Notes: a model not told the origin generated them from the sequence alone. Shown: positions 19,563 through 30,995, numbered from the stretch's first letter. The stretch is DNA of 64,000 nucleotides from an uncultured Methylomirabilota bacterium (GCA_963845565.1 CAWJSJ010000005.1:1-64000); one strand, 5' to 3'. Translations and numbers: made by a program.

Positions 19563-20582
19563 ATGGACACCAACGACTCGGAGCGCGGCGGACACTCCCC
19601 CCTCATGGAGCGTATTCTCTACGAGGTGAAGAAGGTCGTCGTCGGCCAGGATCACTTCCTAGAGCGCGTGCTCGTCGCGATTCTGGCACAGGGGCATCTG
19701 CTTGTGGAGGGCGTGCCGGGGCTCGCCAAGACCTTGACCGTCAAGACGCTCGCCCGCACGATTCGCGGCTCCTTCAAGCGTATTCAGTTCACACCGGACC
19801 TCGTCCCCGCAGACGTCGTGGGAACCCGGATCTACAACCAGAAGACCGGCGACTTTGCCACGGCGCTCGGTCCTGTCTTCACCAATTTGCTGCTCGCCGA
19901 CGAGATCAACCGCGCGCCGGCGAAAGTCCAGAGCGCGCTGCTCGAGGTGATGCAAGAGCGGCAGGTCACGATCGGCGGGGAGACCCACATGGTCCCGGAG
20001 CCGTTCCTGGTGATGGCGACACAGAACCCCATCGAGACCGAGGGCACCTACCCGCTGCCCGAGGCGCAGGTGGACCGGTTCATGATGAAGGTGCTGGTGG
20101 GCTATCCGAGCGAGGAGGAGGAGTTCGTCATCGTCGACCGCGTGACGGGCGTGGCGGAGCCCGGCGTTGCCGCCGTGGCCACGACCGAGCAACTCAGCGC
20201 GCTGCAACGCGAGTGCCGGCGAGTGTACGTCGAGCCATCGCTCATCCAGTACGCCGTGCGGCTCGCCGCGGCGAGCCGCGATCCGGAGCGTTATGGCCTG
20301 GCGGAGCTTGCCAAGTACCTGTCCTTCGGCGCGAGTCCCCGCGCGCCGATCCATGTCATCGAGGGCGCCCGGGCGCTCGCCTACCTGCGCGGACGCACCT
20401 ACGCCCTACCGGAAGACGTGACGGATCTCGTGCCCGACGCCTTTCGGCACCGGCTGGTCCTCACCTACGAGGCGCTCGCCGAGGGGTTGACCGCCGACGC
20501 GCTGATCCTCCGAATCATGCAGCGGATTCCGGCACCCGAGAAGCCGCTCGACGCCCATGTCCACGTTGCCACGGGATCCTGA
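19563..20582 (+). CDS. moxR: MoxR-family AAA+ ATPase
   Basis: EGVPGLAKT, RIQFTPDL, LADEINRAPAKVQSALLE, ATQNPIE, GASPRA. Confidence 0.95.
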   Translation: MDTNDSERGGHSPLMERILYEVKKVVVGQDHFLERVLVAILAQGHLLVEGVPGLAKTLTVKTLARTIRGSFKRIQFTPDLVPADVVGTRIYNQKTGDFATALGPVFTNLLLADEINRAPAKVQSALLEVMQERQVTIGGETHMVPEPFLVMATQNPIETEGTYPLPEAQVDRFMMKVLVGYPSEEEEFVIVDRVTGVAEPGVAAVATTEQLSALQRECRRVYVEPSLIQYAVRLAAASRDPERYGLAELAKYLSFGASPRAPIHVIEGARALAYLRGRTYALPEDVTDLVPDAFRHRLVLTYEALAEGLTADALILRIMQRIPAPEKPLDAHVHVATGS

Positions 20583-21498
20583 GCGCATCCTGCTTCGCCT
20601 CGAGTGGGCGGTGATCCGTCGACTCGACGGGGCGCTGCACGGCAACTACCGGACGCTCTTTCGCGGCGTTGGCCTGGATCTCGCCGATCTGCGCGAGTAC
20701 CAGCATCACGACGACGTCCGGCACATCGACTGGAATGTCACGGCGCGCCTCCAGACGCCCTACGTGCGCGTCTTCAACGAGGATCGCGAGATCACGGCGT
20801 GGTTCCTGCTGGACCTGAGCCCATCGATGGACTTCGGCTCGCAGGAGATGAAGAAGCAGTCGGCCTTGACGGAATTCGTCACCGTGGTGGCGCGGCTCCT
20901 CACGCGTCACGGCAACCGCGTCGGGGCGCTGTTCTATGGCGACAGCGTCGACACGGTCATCCCGGCGCGGACCGGACGGCGCCACGTCCTGCACCTCCTC
21001 CACCGGATGCTGTCTCGGCCCAGGCGATCCCAGTCGGCGCCCACGAATCTGGGTGATCTCTTGCGGGCCGCCTTTCGGTTCATCCCGAGACGGTCGCTCG
21101 TGTTCCTCGTCTCGGATTTCCTCAGCGCACCCGGCTGGTCGGAGCCGCTCGCGCACCTTGCGCAGCGGCACGAGATCCTGGCGGTGCGGCTCACCGATCC
21201 GCTTGAGACGGACCTGCCTGACCTCGGACTGCTGGTCGTCCAGGACGCCGAGACGGGCGAGCAGGTGTTCGTCGACACGCACGACGGCGCGTTCCGAAGG
21301 CGCTTCGCGGCGGCGGCCAAGCGACGCGAGCAGGGACTCCGCGCGGCGTTCAGCGACGCCGGTGTGGACGCGCTCGAGCTGTCCACGGACGACGACCTCG
21401 TCGACACGATCCTGAGGTTTGCCGAACTCCGTAAACGGCGCAGCCAACTGGCGGGTGGCGGACGGCTGCCCGCGCACTTGGAGCGGAGCCCGCGATGA
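20557..21498 (+). CDS. DUF58 family protein
   Basis: LREYQHHDDVRHIDWNVTAR, DLSPSM, SDF. Confidence 0.93.
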   Translation: MSTLPRDPERILLRLEWAVIRRLDGALHGNYRTLFRGVGLDLADLREYQHHDDVRHIDWNVTARLQTPYVRVFNEDREITAWFLLDLSPSMDFGSQEMKKQSALTEFVTVVARLLTRHGNRVGALFYGDSVDTVIPARTGRRHVLHLLHRMLSRPRRSQSAPTNLGDLLRAAFRFIPRRSLVFLVSDFLSAPGWSEPLAHLAQRHEILAVRLTDPLETDLPDLGLLVVQDAETGEQVFVDTHDGAFRRRFAAAAKRREQGLRAAFSDAGVDALELSTDDDLVDTILRFAELRKRRSQLAGGGRLPAHLERSPR

Positions 21499-22538
21499 CG
21501 TTCTTCTGGCCCGAGATGCTCTGGTTGTTGACCGGCGTGCCGGCCCTGGTCGCCGTCTACGTGTTCCTGCTCCGGCGGAAGAAGAAGGCGGCGCTCAGGT
21601 ATGCGAGCCTGAGCGTGATGAAGGAGGCGATGGGCGTGGGCCAGCGGTTCCGGCGCCACGTGCCGCCGCTGCTCCTGGCGCTGGCACTCGCCACGATGAT
21701 GATCGCGGTGGCCCGTCCGGCCGCGATCGTCACCCTGCCGATGCAGCAGCAGACCATCATTCTCGCCATGGACGTGTCGGGCAGCATGCGCGCCAAGGAC
21801 GTGGAGCCGAACCGGCTGGTCGCGTCGCAGGAAGCGGCCAAGGCGTTCTTGGCCGACCTGCCGCGCGACGTGCGGGTCGGCGTGGTGGCCTTTGCGGGAA
21901 CCGCCGCGCTCGTGCAGCCGCCCACGCGGAATCGCGAGGACATCGTGGCGGCCATTGACCGGTTCCAGTTGCAACGCGGCACCGCCATCGGCAGCGGAAT
22001 CCTGGTCTCGCTGGCCACCATTTTCCCCGATGCCGGCATCGATGTGAGCGACGCGATCTACGGGCGCAGCGCGCCGCGCGGACTCCCCCTGGACCAGGCG
22101 CGCGCGCCGGAGAAGAAGGAGTTCACGCCCGTCCCGCCCGGCTCCTACGCCTCGGCCGCCATCATTCTCCTGACGGACGGCCAGCGGACGACCGGACCCG
22201 ACTCCCTCGAGTGCGCCAAGGTCGCTGCCAACCGGGGCGTGCGCGTCTTCACCGTCGGGGTCGGCACGCCGAACGGCGAGGTGATCGGCTTCGAGGGCTG
22301 GTCCTTCCGCGCGCGCCTGGACGAGGACACGCTCAAGGCGATCGCGGATCTGACCCGCGGCGAGTATTTCCACGCCGGCACCGCCATGGATCTGAAGAAG
22401 GTCTACCGGGGCCTCAACGCGCGGCTGGTGTTCGAGAAGAAGCCGACCGAGATCACCGCGCTCTTCGCCGCGGCGGCTGCCGGCCTGACGCTGCTATCAG
22501 CGTTCCTGTCGCTGCTCTGGTTCAACCGGACCCTGTGA
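21495..22538 (+). CDS. vWA-domain membrane protein (BatA-like)
   Basis: MIDAS DVSGSM, GTAIG, LTDG; N- and C-terminal TM segments. Confidence 0.93.
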   Translation: MTFFWPEMLWLLTGVPALVAVYVFLLRRKKKAALRYASLSVMKEAMGVGQRFRRHVPPLLLALALATMMIAVARPAAIVTLPMQQQTIILAMDVSGSMRAKDVEPNRLVASQEAAKAFLADLPRDVRVGVVAFAGTAALVQPPTRNREDIVAAIDRFQLQRGTAIGSGILVSLATIFPDAGIDVSDAIYGRSAPRGLPLDQARAPEKKEFTPVPPGSYASAAIILLTDGQRTTGPDSLECAKVAANRGVRVFTVGVGTPNGEVIGFEGWSFRARLDEDTLKAIADLTRGEYFHAGTAMDLKKVYRGLNARLVFEKKPTEITALFAAAAAGLTLLSAFLSLLWFNRTL

Positions 22539-22677
22539 CCGCATTCGACCCCAACCTGCCCCCGGAAACCGTTAAAGCGGTAGTGTAAGAGCGGACTCTA
22601 CCGAGGCAGGCGGCGTCTGGTTTTTCCTTGCAGTGTCGGCAGGGCGGTCGGCCTCCCGCGATTGTGCGAGGCGAGAA

Positions 22678-23770
22678 TCAGGCCGACGCCGCGTGGTACT
22701 CGGCCAAGAGGGTGCGGACCAGCTCCGGGACCGACACGATCTCCGTCGCCCGATGGGCGTTGTCGCCGGCGAAGGCGAAGCCGTGGGCCATCTTGCCGCG
22801 CTGGGCGTTGATGAGGGCGAGTGCGATGCAGTAGGGGCTGTTGGTGTAATCGCACGTGATGATGCAGTGGTAGGGACAGGTGAAGGGCATCTTCTTCCCG
22901 GCGCTCACGTCGTCGAGGAACTGGTTCCGGATGGCGCGGCCGGGCATGCCCGACCGGGCTTCGGATGATGGTGATGTCCTCGCGGGATGCCCGAATATAG
23001 GCCTCTTTGAAGCCGATCGACGCATCGCACTCGTGGGTTGTCACGAACCGCGTGGCCATCTGGACGCCGGCGGCGCCGAGCTGCAAGATCTTATAGATGT
23101 CCGCCCCGGTGTAGATCCCGCCACCGGCGATCACCGGGATCGGACGCCGCGCCTTGGCCTCGAAGGGCCGGATCTCCGCCAGGACATCCGCCAGGAGCAG
23201 TCTCCAGCGCGTAGGCCGGATCGTCGATCTGCTCCGCCTTGAACCCCAGATGCCCGCCCTGCCCGCGGCCCCTCGACGACGATGGCGTCCGGGGGATGGT
23301 CGTACCGGTCGGTCCACCGCCTGGCGATGATCCGGGCCGCCCGGCCGGAGGAGACGATCGGGACCAGCTTCGTCCGCTCGCCTCCCGGCAGGTACTGGGG
23401 GAGATCCAAGGGCAGTCCGGCGCCCGAGAAGATGATGTCGATCTCCCTCGGCGATCGCCGTCTTGACGAGCTCCCCGAAGTTCGAGAGGGCCACCATGAT
23501 ATTGACCCCCAGGATGCCCTGAGGGCTCAGGGCCTTCGCCCGCCGGATCTCCTTGCGGAGCGCCCGGAGGTTGGCGGCCTCAAAATGCTGGAACAGGTCC
23601 GGCTCGATCATCCCGATCCCGGCCGTGGCGATGACCCCGATCCCGCCCGCGTTGGCCACCGCCGCGGCCAGCCCGGCCAAGGACACGCCGACCCCCATGC
23701 CGCCCTGGATGATGGGCAGCGACGCGGTCAGGTCCCCGATGCACAGCGCCTGCGGGCGACGCTCGGTCAT
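22678..23770 (-). CDS. Nitronate monooxygenase/2-nitropropane dioxygenase-family flavoprotein (several apparent frameshifts)
   Basis: PIIQGGMGVGVS, PVIAGGGI, GVQMATRF, CPYHCIITC...YCI split across frames. Confidence 0.85.
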
Positions 23771-23834
23771 GATTGCACACATCCTGGGGGGCGGCACCGC
23801 GAGAGGCGTGATCGTTACCCCACCACGCGTCGCA

Positions 23835-24588
23835 TCAATAGGCCGTCAATCCCCCGTCGACGGGCAAGGCCACGCCCGTGATGAAGCTCGCCTCGTCCGA
23901 GGCGAGGAAGAGGGCTGCGTTGGCCACGTCCCGGGCGTCGGCGATCCGGCCGAGGGGCACCTCGTCCAACCGCTCCTTCTTCTTCTCCGGATCCTTGAAC
24001 AGCTCCCGCACCATCGGCGTGTCCACGGTGCAGGGGTGAATCGAGTTGCACCGGATGTTGTCGCGGGCGTGGCGGACGGCCACGCTCCGGGTCAGCATGG
24101 TCACGGCCCCCTTGGACGTGGAATAGGTCTCGTTGGTGAACTTGTGACCCACCAGACCGGCGATGGAAGAGATGTTCACGATGGACCCGCCCCCGTGCGC
24201 CTTCATGAGCGGCAAGGCGTGCTTGATCCCGAGGAAGACCCCACGGACGTTGACCGCCATGACCGACTCGAAGTCGCTCAACGGCATCTCGGTGATGGGG
24301 ATCCGCTTGGTGATCCCCGCGTTGTTGACGAGGATGTCGAGCCGACCCTCCGCTGTCCGGATCCCGTTCAGTGCCTCCAGCCAGCTCGCCTCTTGCGTGA
24401 CGTCGAGGGGCACGAATCGCGCGCGGCCACCGGCACGACAGATCCGGTCGGCGGTCGCCTTCCCAAGAGCCTCGTCGAAGTCTCCGATCAACACCTGCGC
24501 GCCTTCCGCCGCGAACCGTGTTGCGATTTCCGCGCCGATGCCCGCTGCTGCGCCAGTGATCCAGGCCGACCTTATCTTGTAGTCGCAT
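23835..24588 (-). CDS. Short-chain dehydrogenase/reductase (apparent frameshift just after start)
   Basis: MRLQDKV in one frame joins ITGAAAGIG, NNAG, YSTSK in another. Confidence 0.88.
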
Positions 24589-25288
24589 GATGAGTAGAGT
24601 GGGGTGAGGGTTATTCGCCAGCGGCTCTCAGGCATCGCACGATGCGAGCCTTGCCGGTGTATGTGAACGGCCTGCCTATGACGATGGAGCATGCCGCGGA
24701 GTTGGCGTGGTTGTCAAGAAAGAAGCTCGGTACGGCGCCCGCGTCGTTCTATGCGAAGAACCGCCCTGTTCTCCGGCTAGCGCACGCAGTGGGGACGGAC
24801 AGCACGTCGCGACCGCAGCCGGGGCGGCCCCCGGCCGCGTCCACGCGCACGAAGGCCGCCCTGGCGTTAGCCGGAGATTTGGGAACCGCCAAACGCGTTG
24901 CGGGTCGTTGGGTTTTGTGATAAAGGAGCGCCAACTGTTTGGCCTCGTTTTAGCGCGGTTTGTCGACTCTGCCCTAACCGGGGCGCACACTGTCGCTGAC
25001 CTCCCGATTCCCGACCAGACGACGGTGGCGTCCTCCGTTGCTGGGCCGACCCTCGGAATCGGTCACGACATCGGTGCTCGGGGAGCAGACGAGGGCGCTC
25101 CTCGATTCCATCAGGGCCGCCCGGGGAAGGCGGGTCCCTGTTCAGCGGTCAGGTGTGACCGATCAGATCAAGACGAAGCGGGCCGAGGTCGGAGAGGTAG
25201 GATACCGTCCGATGGTGTAACACCCTTGGCGTGTCATGGTGTGGGCGCCGAAAATGTTGATCGTTGAACGCCTGCCCAGGTTCGATTA

Positions 25289-26487
25289 GTGGAATTCAGC
25301 TACCTTTGCAGCGAATGCAACCGCCGGTTTTCCATCGCGCCGCGCGTCATGGTGTGTCCGGACTGTTCTGCGACCCAGGCCCCGGACCAGCCGCTTCGCG
25401 GCGTCTTGGAGGTGGAGCTTTCAGGCAAGGCCCCGAGAGACTGGGACGTTGCCTCGCTCCTGCCCGTCGAGCAGCGGTTCTTTCCGCCTATCCCCGTGGG
25501 GGAACGCCGCTCTGGAGGCCAGGGCGGCTCCGGCGCGAGCTGGATTTTCCCGGTTTGTACATCAAAGACGACGGCTTGAATCCCACCTGTTCTCTGAAAG
25601 ACCGGGCCTCGTTCCTGGTGTCGGCCTTCGCGATCAAGTTTGGAATCCAGGAGATTGTCCTGGCCTCCTCCGGGAATGCCGGATCCTCCATGGCCGGCGT
25701 AGGTGCGGCAGCGGGGCAGAAGGTGACTCTCTTCCTGCCCAAGGCCACCCCGGAAGCCAAGCTCATCCAGGCCCTTCAGTACGGAGCCCGGGTGTTCCGG
25801 GTGGATGGTTCCTATGATGATGCCTATGACCTGTCCGTGGGTTACACCGCCCGGTTCGGCGGTTTGAACCGCAACACCGCCTACAACCCCATGACCATCG
25901 AGGGCAAGAAGACCGTGTCCCTGGAGATTGTCCGCCAACTGGGTCGGACGCCCGATTTCGTCTTTGTATCCGCCGGCGACGGTTGTATTCTTGCCGGGGT
26001 TTACAAGGGCTTCCAGGACCTATACCGGCTGGGGCTCAGTGACCGCCTGCCAGTGGTTTACGCCGTCCAAGCGGAGGGGTCCGATGCGTTGGCCCGGGCC
26101 TTCGAAACCGGCGTCTTCCGGCGTGAGACTGCGAGCACCGTGGCGGATTCCATCTCGGTCGATGTACCGCGGAACGGATTCCATGCCCTGCGACAACTGA
26201 AAGCGCACGGCGGTCAGGTGGTGCGGGTGTCCGACGAGAACATCCTGGCCGCGCAGGCGAGGCTCTCGCGGTCGGCTGGCCTGTTCACGGAGCCGGCGGG
26301 TGCGGCAGCGTTTGCTGGTTTCCTGGAAGCCCAGCCCCGTTTGCCCGCAGACGCTGTGGTCGTCGTCCTGGCCACAGGCAATGGCCTCAAGGACACCGCT
26401 GCCGCCACGCGGACCGTGAAGATCCCGGAGAAGATGATTTCCGGCTTGGTCCAGGTGGACGGCGGCGGACGGGCGTTTCCCCTTTGA
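25289..26487 (+). CDS. Threonine synthase-like PLP enzyme (apparent frameshift near 25500)
   Basis: N-terminal CxxC...CxxC; LNPTCSLKDR PLP-Lys; ASSGNAG; EGKKT; EPAGA. Confidence 0.85.
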
Positions 26488-26507
26488 ACAGAGGAGGGGT
26501 CGAGTCG

Positions 26508-27974
26508 GTGTTGGACCTTGCGGTGAATCAGCAGGTGTTGGGGGGCACCGTCGATTTCTGCCGGGCCAAGGGCATCACCCTGCCCACCTTCGCCATGATG
26601 CGGGACCCGAGCCTGGTACCGGACTCTGTCCGGAATGTCCTGACCACGATCGGGTTATGGGACGTCCATCCCGCCAACCTCTACCGGATCACCTGGAAGA
26701 ACCAACCCCAGGAACGCGGCGGGCTCTTCGGGGGAGTCAACCACATCGTACTTCCTCCGGCGCTCACCGGCTGCCCGGCGAACATCCTGGTCCTGGTGGG
26801 CCGCTACTTTCCGACCGGCGCCCACAAGGTGGGGGCCACCTTCGGATGTCTCGTCCCACGCCTGGTAACCGGCCAGTTCAACCCCCTGACTACCAAGGCC
26901 GTCTGGCCCTCCACCGGGAACTTCTGTCGCGGCGGGGCCTACATCTCGGCTCTGCTGGCCTGTCAGGCCATCGCCATCCTGCCCGAGGGGATGTCCCGGG
27001 AACGCTTCGAGTGGCTCCGCAAGATCGCCGGCGAGGTGATCGCCACGCCCGGGTGCGAGTCGAACGTCAAGGAGATCTTTGACAAGTGCTGGGAGCTCAG
27101 GGCCTCGGGCCAGGACCTGATGATCTTCAACCAGTTCGAGGAGATGGGGAACCCGCTTTGGCACTACGTGGTGACAGGTAACGCCGCGGAGGAGGCCCTG
27201 CGGGGCCGTCTCAAGCCCGGCGACCGGTTGGCCGGGTTCGTGGGATCCTCCGGCTCGGCCGGGACGCTGGGCGCCGGGTATTATCTCCAGGAACGATTTC
27301 CCGGTGCCAAGCTGGCCGTCGCCGAGGCGTTGCAATGCCCCACGCTGCTCATGAACGGGTTCGGTGATCACCGCATCGAGGGAATCGGGGACAAGCATGT
27401 GCCCTGGGTCCACGACTGCAAGCGGACCGACTTCGTCATCGCCGTGGACGACGAGGCGCCCATGCGCCTCCTGCGGCTCTTCAACGAGGGGCTGGGCCGG
27501 AGGGCGCTGACCGCCGCCGGTGTTCCCGCGGAGATCGCCGGCCGCCTGGATCTTTTGGGTATCTCCGGCGTGGGCAACCTGATCGCGGCCGTGAAGTTCG
27601 CCAAGTACATGGAACTGACGGCGTCCGACTGGGTGATCACGGTGGCAACCGATTCGCTGGACCTCTATCGGTCTCGGTTGGATGAGCTCACGCAGGAGCG
27701 GGGTCAATACCGCGAGTCCCAGGCAGCGCGAGATCTTGAGATGCTCGCGGGAACCGGTATCGACCACATGAAGGAGCTCACCTACTACGAGAAGAAGGCT
27801 GTCCACAACCTCAAGTACTTCACCTGGGTGGAGCAGCAGGGGCGCGACGTGGCGGAGCTCCGTGCCCAGTGGCACGACCACGAGCATTACTGGGATGGCA
27901 CCTTTGCTCTGGCCGACCGGATCGACGCGCTCATCACCGATTTCAATCAACGGGTCGGCCTTCTCGGGGTCTGA
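26508..27974 (+). CDS. Fold-type II PLP-dependent enzyme of unknown substrate
   Basis: PTGAHKVG, STGNFCRG, GSAGT, HRIEGIG; RBS GAGGAGG before GTG. Confidence 0.85.
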   Translation: MLDLAVNQQVLGGTVDFCRAKGITLPTFAMMRDPSLVPDSVRNVLTTIGLWDVHPANLYRITWKNQPQERGGLFGGVNHIVLPPALTGCPANILVLVGRYFPTGAHKVGATFGCLVPRLVTGQFNPLTTKAVWPSTGNFCRGGAYISALLACQAIAILPEGMSRERFEWLRKIAGEVIATPGCESNVKEIFDKCWELRASGQDLMIFNQFEEMGNPLWHYVVTGNAAEEALRGRLKPGDRLAGFVGSSGSAGTLGAGYYLQERFPGAKLAVAEALQCPTLLMNGFGDHRIEGIGDKHVPWVHDCKRTDFVIAVDDEAPMRLLRLFNEGLGRRALTAAGVPAEIAGRLDLLGISGVGNLIAAVKFAKYMELTASDWVITVATDSLDLYRSRLDELTQERGQYRESQAARDLEMLAGTGIDHMKELTYYEKKAVHNLKYFTWVEQQGRDVAELRAQWHDHEHYWDGTFALADRIDALITDFNQRVGLLGV

Positions 27975-28047
27975 GGCGAGGAGACGTGGCGCGGGCACTT
28001 TTCGGTATGGATGAATCTCGCACGCGATTGGCGCAAAGGAGGAGGTC

Positions 28048-29643
28048 ATGAAGAGAGTCCTGTGGGTGCTGTTGACGTTGATGCTGATCCTGCCGGTGTC
28101 CCCGGCGCTGGCGGAGCGGGCGGGCGGTACGCTGCACTACGTGGTACCGTACGGTGGCGATCTGCTCGGCCTCGATGCGCACAAGTCCACCCGGATCCAG
28201 GATTTCCTGGTCCATACGAGCATCAACCACAGTCTCTATTCGTGGGAACCTGGGGTCAACAAGCCCAAGCTGGAGCTGGCCACCAAGGTCGACGTCACGG
28301 CGGACGGCAAGGTATGGACTTTCACGCTCCGAAACGACGTGAAGTTCCACCATGGCCGCAAGATGACGGCGGACGACGTCATCTTCAGTTACAACCGGAT
28401 CGCGTCCTCGGCGACCAAGTCCCCGTCGGCCCGGTTCGTGCGGATCATCAAGGGCGCCAAGGACGTCGAGGACGGCAAGGCCCAGAGCATCGCGGGCCTC
28501 AAGAAGGTCGACGACCACACCGTGCAGATCACTCTGGAGAACCCGGTGAACCCGGCCTACTCCCTCTTCGAGCCGGGGACGGCCATCCTGCCCAAGGACG
28601 AGGTGGAGAAGCGGGGCGACGGCTTCTCCTCCGATCCGGTGGGCTGCGGCCCCTTCCAGTTCGTCAGATGGGTCAAGGGGAGCGAGGTCACCGTCAAGAA
28701 GTTCCCCGGCTACTTCGTCGCCAACCGCCCCTTCCTGGACAAGATCGTCTTCAAGATCATCAGCGAGAGCCAGGCGCGGGACAACGCCTTCCGGGCCAAG
28801 GAGGTGGACGCCACCGTCATCGAGCCGGTGCAGTATCCGGTCTACAAGAAGGATCCGGCCATCTCCAAGAACATGATCGAGGTGGCGGAGATGTTCACCC
28901 GGGCCATCGGCTTCAATTTCGACAAGGAGCCGTTCAAGAAGAAGGAGGTCCGCCAGGCCATCAACTACGCCATCGACCGGAACCTGATGATCGAGAAGCT
29001 GCTCCACGGCAAGGCCGTTCCGGCGGTGAGTTGGCTGCCCTCCACCTCGGCCGGCTTCAACCCCAACGCGAAGCCGTACGACTACGACCCCGCCAAGGCT
29101 GCCGAACTGATGAAGAAGGCGGGCTACGAGAACGGCTTCACGGCGGACGCCCTGAGCACCGGTAATTCCTCCTGGGGCACGGTCATTTTTGAGGCCGCCA
29201 TGCCCATGCTCAAGCGGATCAATATCACCCTGAAGATCCAGCAACTGGAGGGCGCAGCGCTGGTCGATCGGCTACAGAAGGGCGAGTTCGACATGTTCAG
29301 CTATTCCATGGGCACCGGGCCCGACCCCTACCAGGCCCTGGCCCGGTGGAAGAGCGACATGCCCCGGATTGCCAACTACATGAACTACAAGAACCCGGCC
29401 TACGACAAGGTCTTGGAACAAGCCGCGGCGGAGCGGAACGAGGCCAAGAAGGTGGCCTTGCTCCAGCAAGCCGACGGGATCCTGCTCGAGGACGCGGCGC
29501 TCATGTTTTTCAACTACAACAAGGCCGTGATGGCCTACCATCCCTGGGTTCACGGTCTCAAGCCGGCGGCTGTGGACATGGTCTTTCAGGACTACGTGAA
29601 CATCTGGGTGGAGGAGTCGTCTCCGCGGGCCAAGGAGAAGTAG
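28048..29643 (+). CDS. ABC transporter substrate-binding protein, family 5
   Basis: Signal peptide; DGKVWTFTLRNDVKFH, GCGPF, VRQAINYAIDR. Confidence 0.95.
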   Translation: MKRVLWVLLTLMLILPVSPALAERAGGTLHYVVPYGGDLLGLDAHKSTRIQDFLVHTSINHSLYSWEPGVNKPKLELATKVDVTADGKVWTFTLRNDVKFHHGRKMTADDVIFSYNRIASSATKSPSARFVRIIKGAKDVEDGKAQSIAGLKKVDDHTVQITLENPVNPAYSLFEPGTAILPKDEVEKRGDGFSSDPVGCGPFQFVRWVKGSEVTVKKFPGYFVANRPFLDKIVFKIISESQARDNAFRAKEVDATVIEPVQYPVYKKDPAISKNMIEVAEMFTRAIGFNFDKEPFKKKEVRQAINYAIDRNLMIEKLLHGKAVPAVSWLPSTSAGFNPNAKPYDYDPAKAAELMKKAGYENGFTADALSTGNSSWGTVIFEAAMPMLKRINITLKIQQLEGAALVDRLQKGEFDMFSYSMGTGPDPYQALARWKSDMPRIANYMNYKNPAYDKVLEQAAAERNEAKKVALLQQADGILLEDAALMFFNYNKAVMAYHPWVHGLKPAAVDMVFQDYVNIWVEESSPRAKEK

Positions 29644-29681
29644 GGAAGGAAGGCGATTGGGCAATTCGGCGCGTGGGCAAT

Positions 29682-29917
29682 TAGTGTCCTGAGTTAGAAG
29701 TTCGCCAAAATATCTCAAGGCCAGAGGGGCACCCCGAAGACGCTGCGCTCGCGGGGCGGCCGGGTCCGGTCCGGAGGCCCCCGGTTTCCGGGGGCCGACC
29801 GGAGCAAGGCCGCCCGGTTCCGGGTACCCACCCGGCCGGGTGGGTGTAGGCGCCCGGCGGCTGAGGGGTGTCCCTCTGGCCGGGACATTGTCAGCGAATT
29901 TACGATTCACCACATTA
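29682..29917. mobile_element. MITE with IS630-like ends and TA flanks
   Basis: TA-GTGTCCTGAGTTAGAAGTTCGC ... GCGAATTTACGATTCACCACAT-TA; inner arms GGCCAGAGGGGCACCCC/GGGGTGTCCCTCTGGCC. Confidence 0.7.
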
Positions 29918-30059
29918 GGGAAGCGTTCCGATTTGCCCAATGGTCTGAACGCTCCATCGCCGAACGATTTACTGTTTTCCAATCAAGACGCCGACCGGCG
30001 GCCCGGCCGTCGCGGGCTTCCGGTCGGCGTGCCCATCGAAGGAGCGCGGAACCAAGCCT

Positions 30060-30995
30060 ATGTTTGTGTACTTCATTCGCCGGGTACTGCAGTTCGTGCC
30101 CACCATTCTCGGCGTGACGCTCATCGTCTTCGTGCTCCTCAACGTGCTGCCGGGGAATGCGGCCCTCACGGCCTTGGCCGAGAGCGACCGGGGACTCGAT
30201 CTCAAGTACGTCGAGGAGATGAAGAAGCTCTGGGGATTGGATAAGCCGCTCCACGAGCGATATCTCGACTACATGTTCAAATTGACGCAGGGTGACCTGG
30301 GGCGGTCCTTCCTGCGGCGCGACCCGGTGGGCGGTTTGGTCCTGGAGCGGGTGGGGCCCTCGCTGCGGCTGGCCGTGGCGGCGATGCTTATCGCCCTGGG
30401 GTTGGGCATTCCCCTGGGGTTCTTCTCGGCCCTCCGGCAGGGATCGTGGCTGGATACCGCCTCCATGGTGGGGGCCGTGTCCGGCGTCTCGATGCCGCAG
30501 TTCTGGCTGGGGCTCTTGCTGATGTACGCCCTGGCGGTGGCGGTGCCGCTCTTGCCCACCTCGGGCTATGGCGACGGCAGCCTCCGGAACATGCTGATGC
30601 CGGCGTTCACGCTGGGGGTGACCTACATGGCCCTGCTGGCCCGGACCACCAGGGCAGCGGTGATGGAGATCAAACTCGCCGACTTCATCCGCACCGCACG
30701 GGCCAAGGGCCTTGCGGAAGTCGTGATCAACCGTAAACACATCCTGCGTAACGCGCTCATCCTGGTCCTGACCACGGCCGGGCTGCAGTTCGGCGCCCTG
30801 ATCGGGAACACGGTCATCGTCGAGAAGCTTTTCTCCTGGCCGGGAATCGGCTCCCTCTTGGTGGATTCCATCTTCCAGCGGGACATCCCGGTCACCCAGG
30901 GCTGCGTGCTGCTCCTCATCCTGGCGTTTCTCGCCATCAATCTGGCCGTGGATCTCCTGTACGCCGTGATTGATCCCCGGATCGAGTACCGATGA
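30060..30995 (+). CDS. Peptide ABC transporter permease (DppB-like)
   Basis: FIRTARAKGL, DPRIEY. Confidence 0.94.
   Translation: MFVYFIRRVLQFVPTILGVTLIVFVLLNVLPGNAALTALAESDRGLDLKYVEEMKKLWGLDKPLHERYLDYMFKLTQGDLGRSFLRRDPVGGLVLERVGPSLRLAVAAMLIALGLGIPLGFFSALRQGSWLDTASMVGAVSGVSMPQFWLGLLLMYALAVAVPLLPTSGYGDGSLRNMLMPAFTLGVTYMALLARTTRAAVMEIKLADFIRTARAKGLAEVVINRKHILRNALILVLTTAGLQFGALIGNTVIVEKLFSWPGIGSLLVDSIFQRDIPVTQGCVLLLILAFLAINLAVDLLYAVIDPRIEYR

Noticed and set aside
18418..22538. Protease-MoxR-DUF58-vWA operon as a novel system
   Set aside because: MoxR-DUF58-vWA is a well-known widespread arrangement
25490..25510. Programmed frameshifting or phase variation in the threonine synthase-like gene
   Set aside because: Only a short G run with no slippery site or stimulator, and many similar indels occur elsewhere
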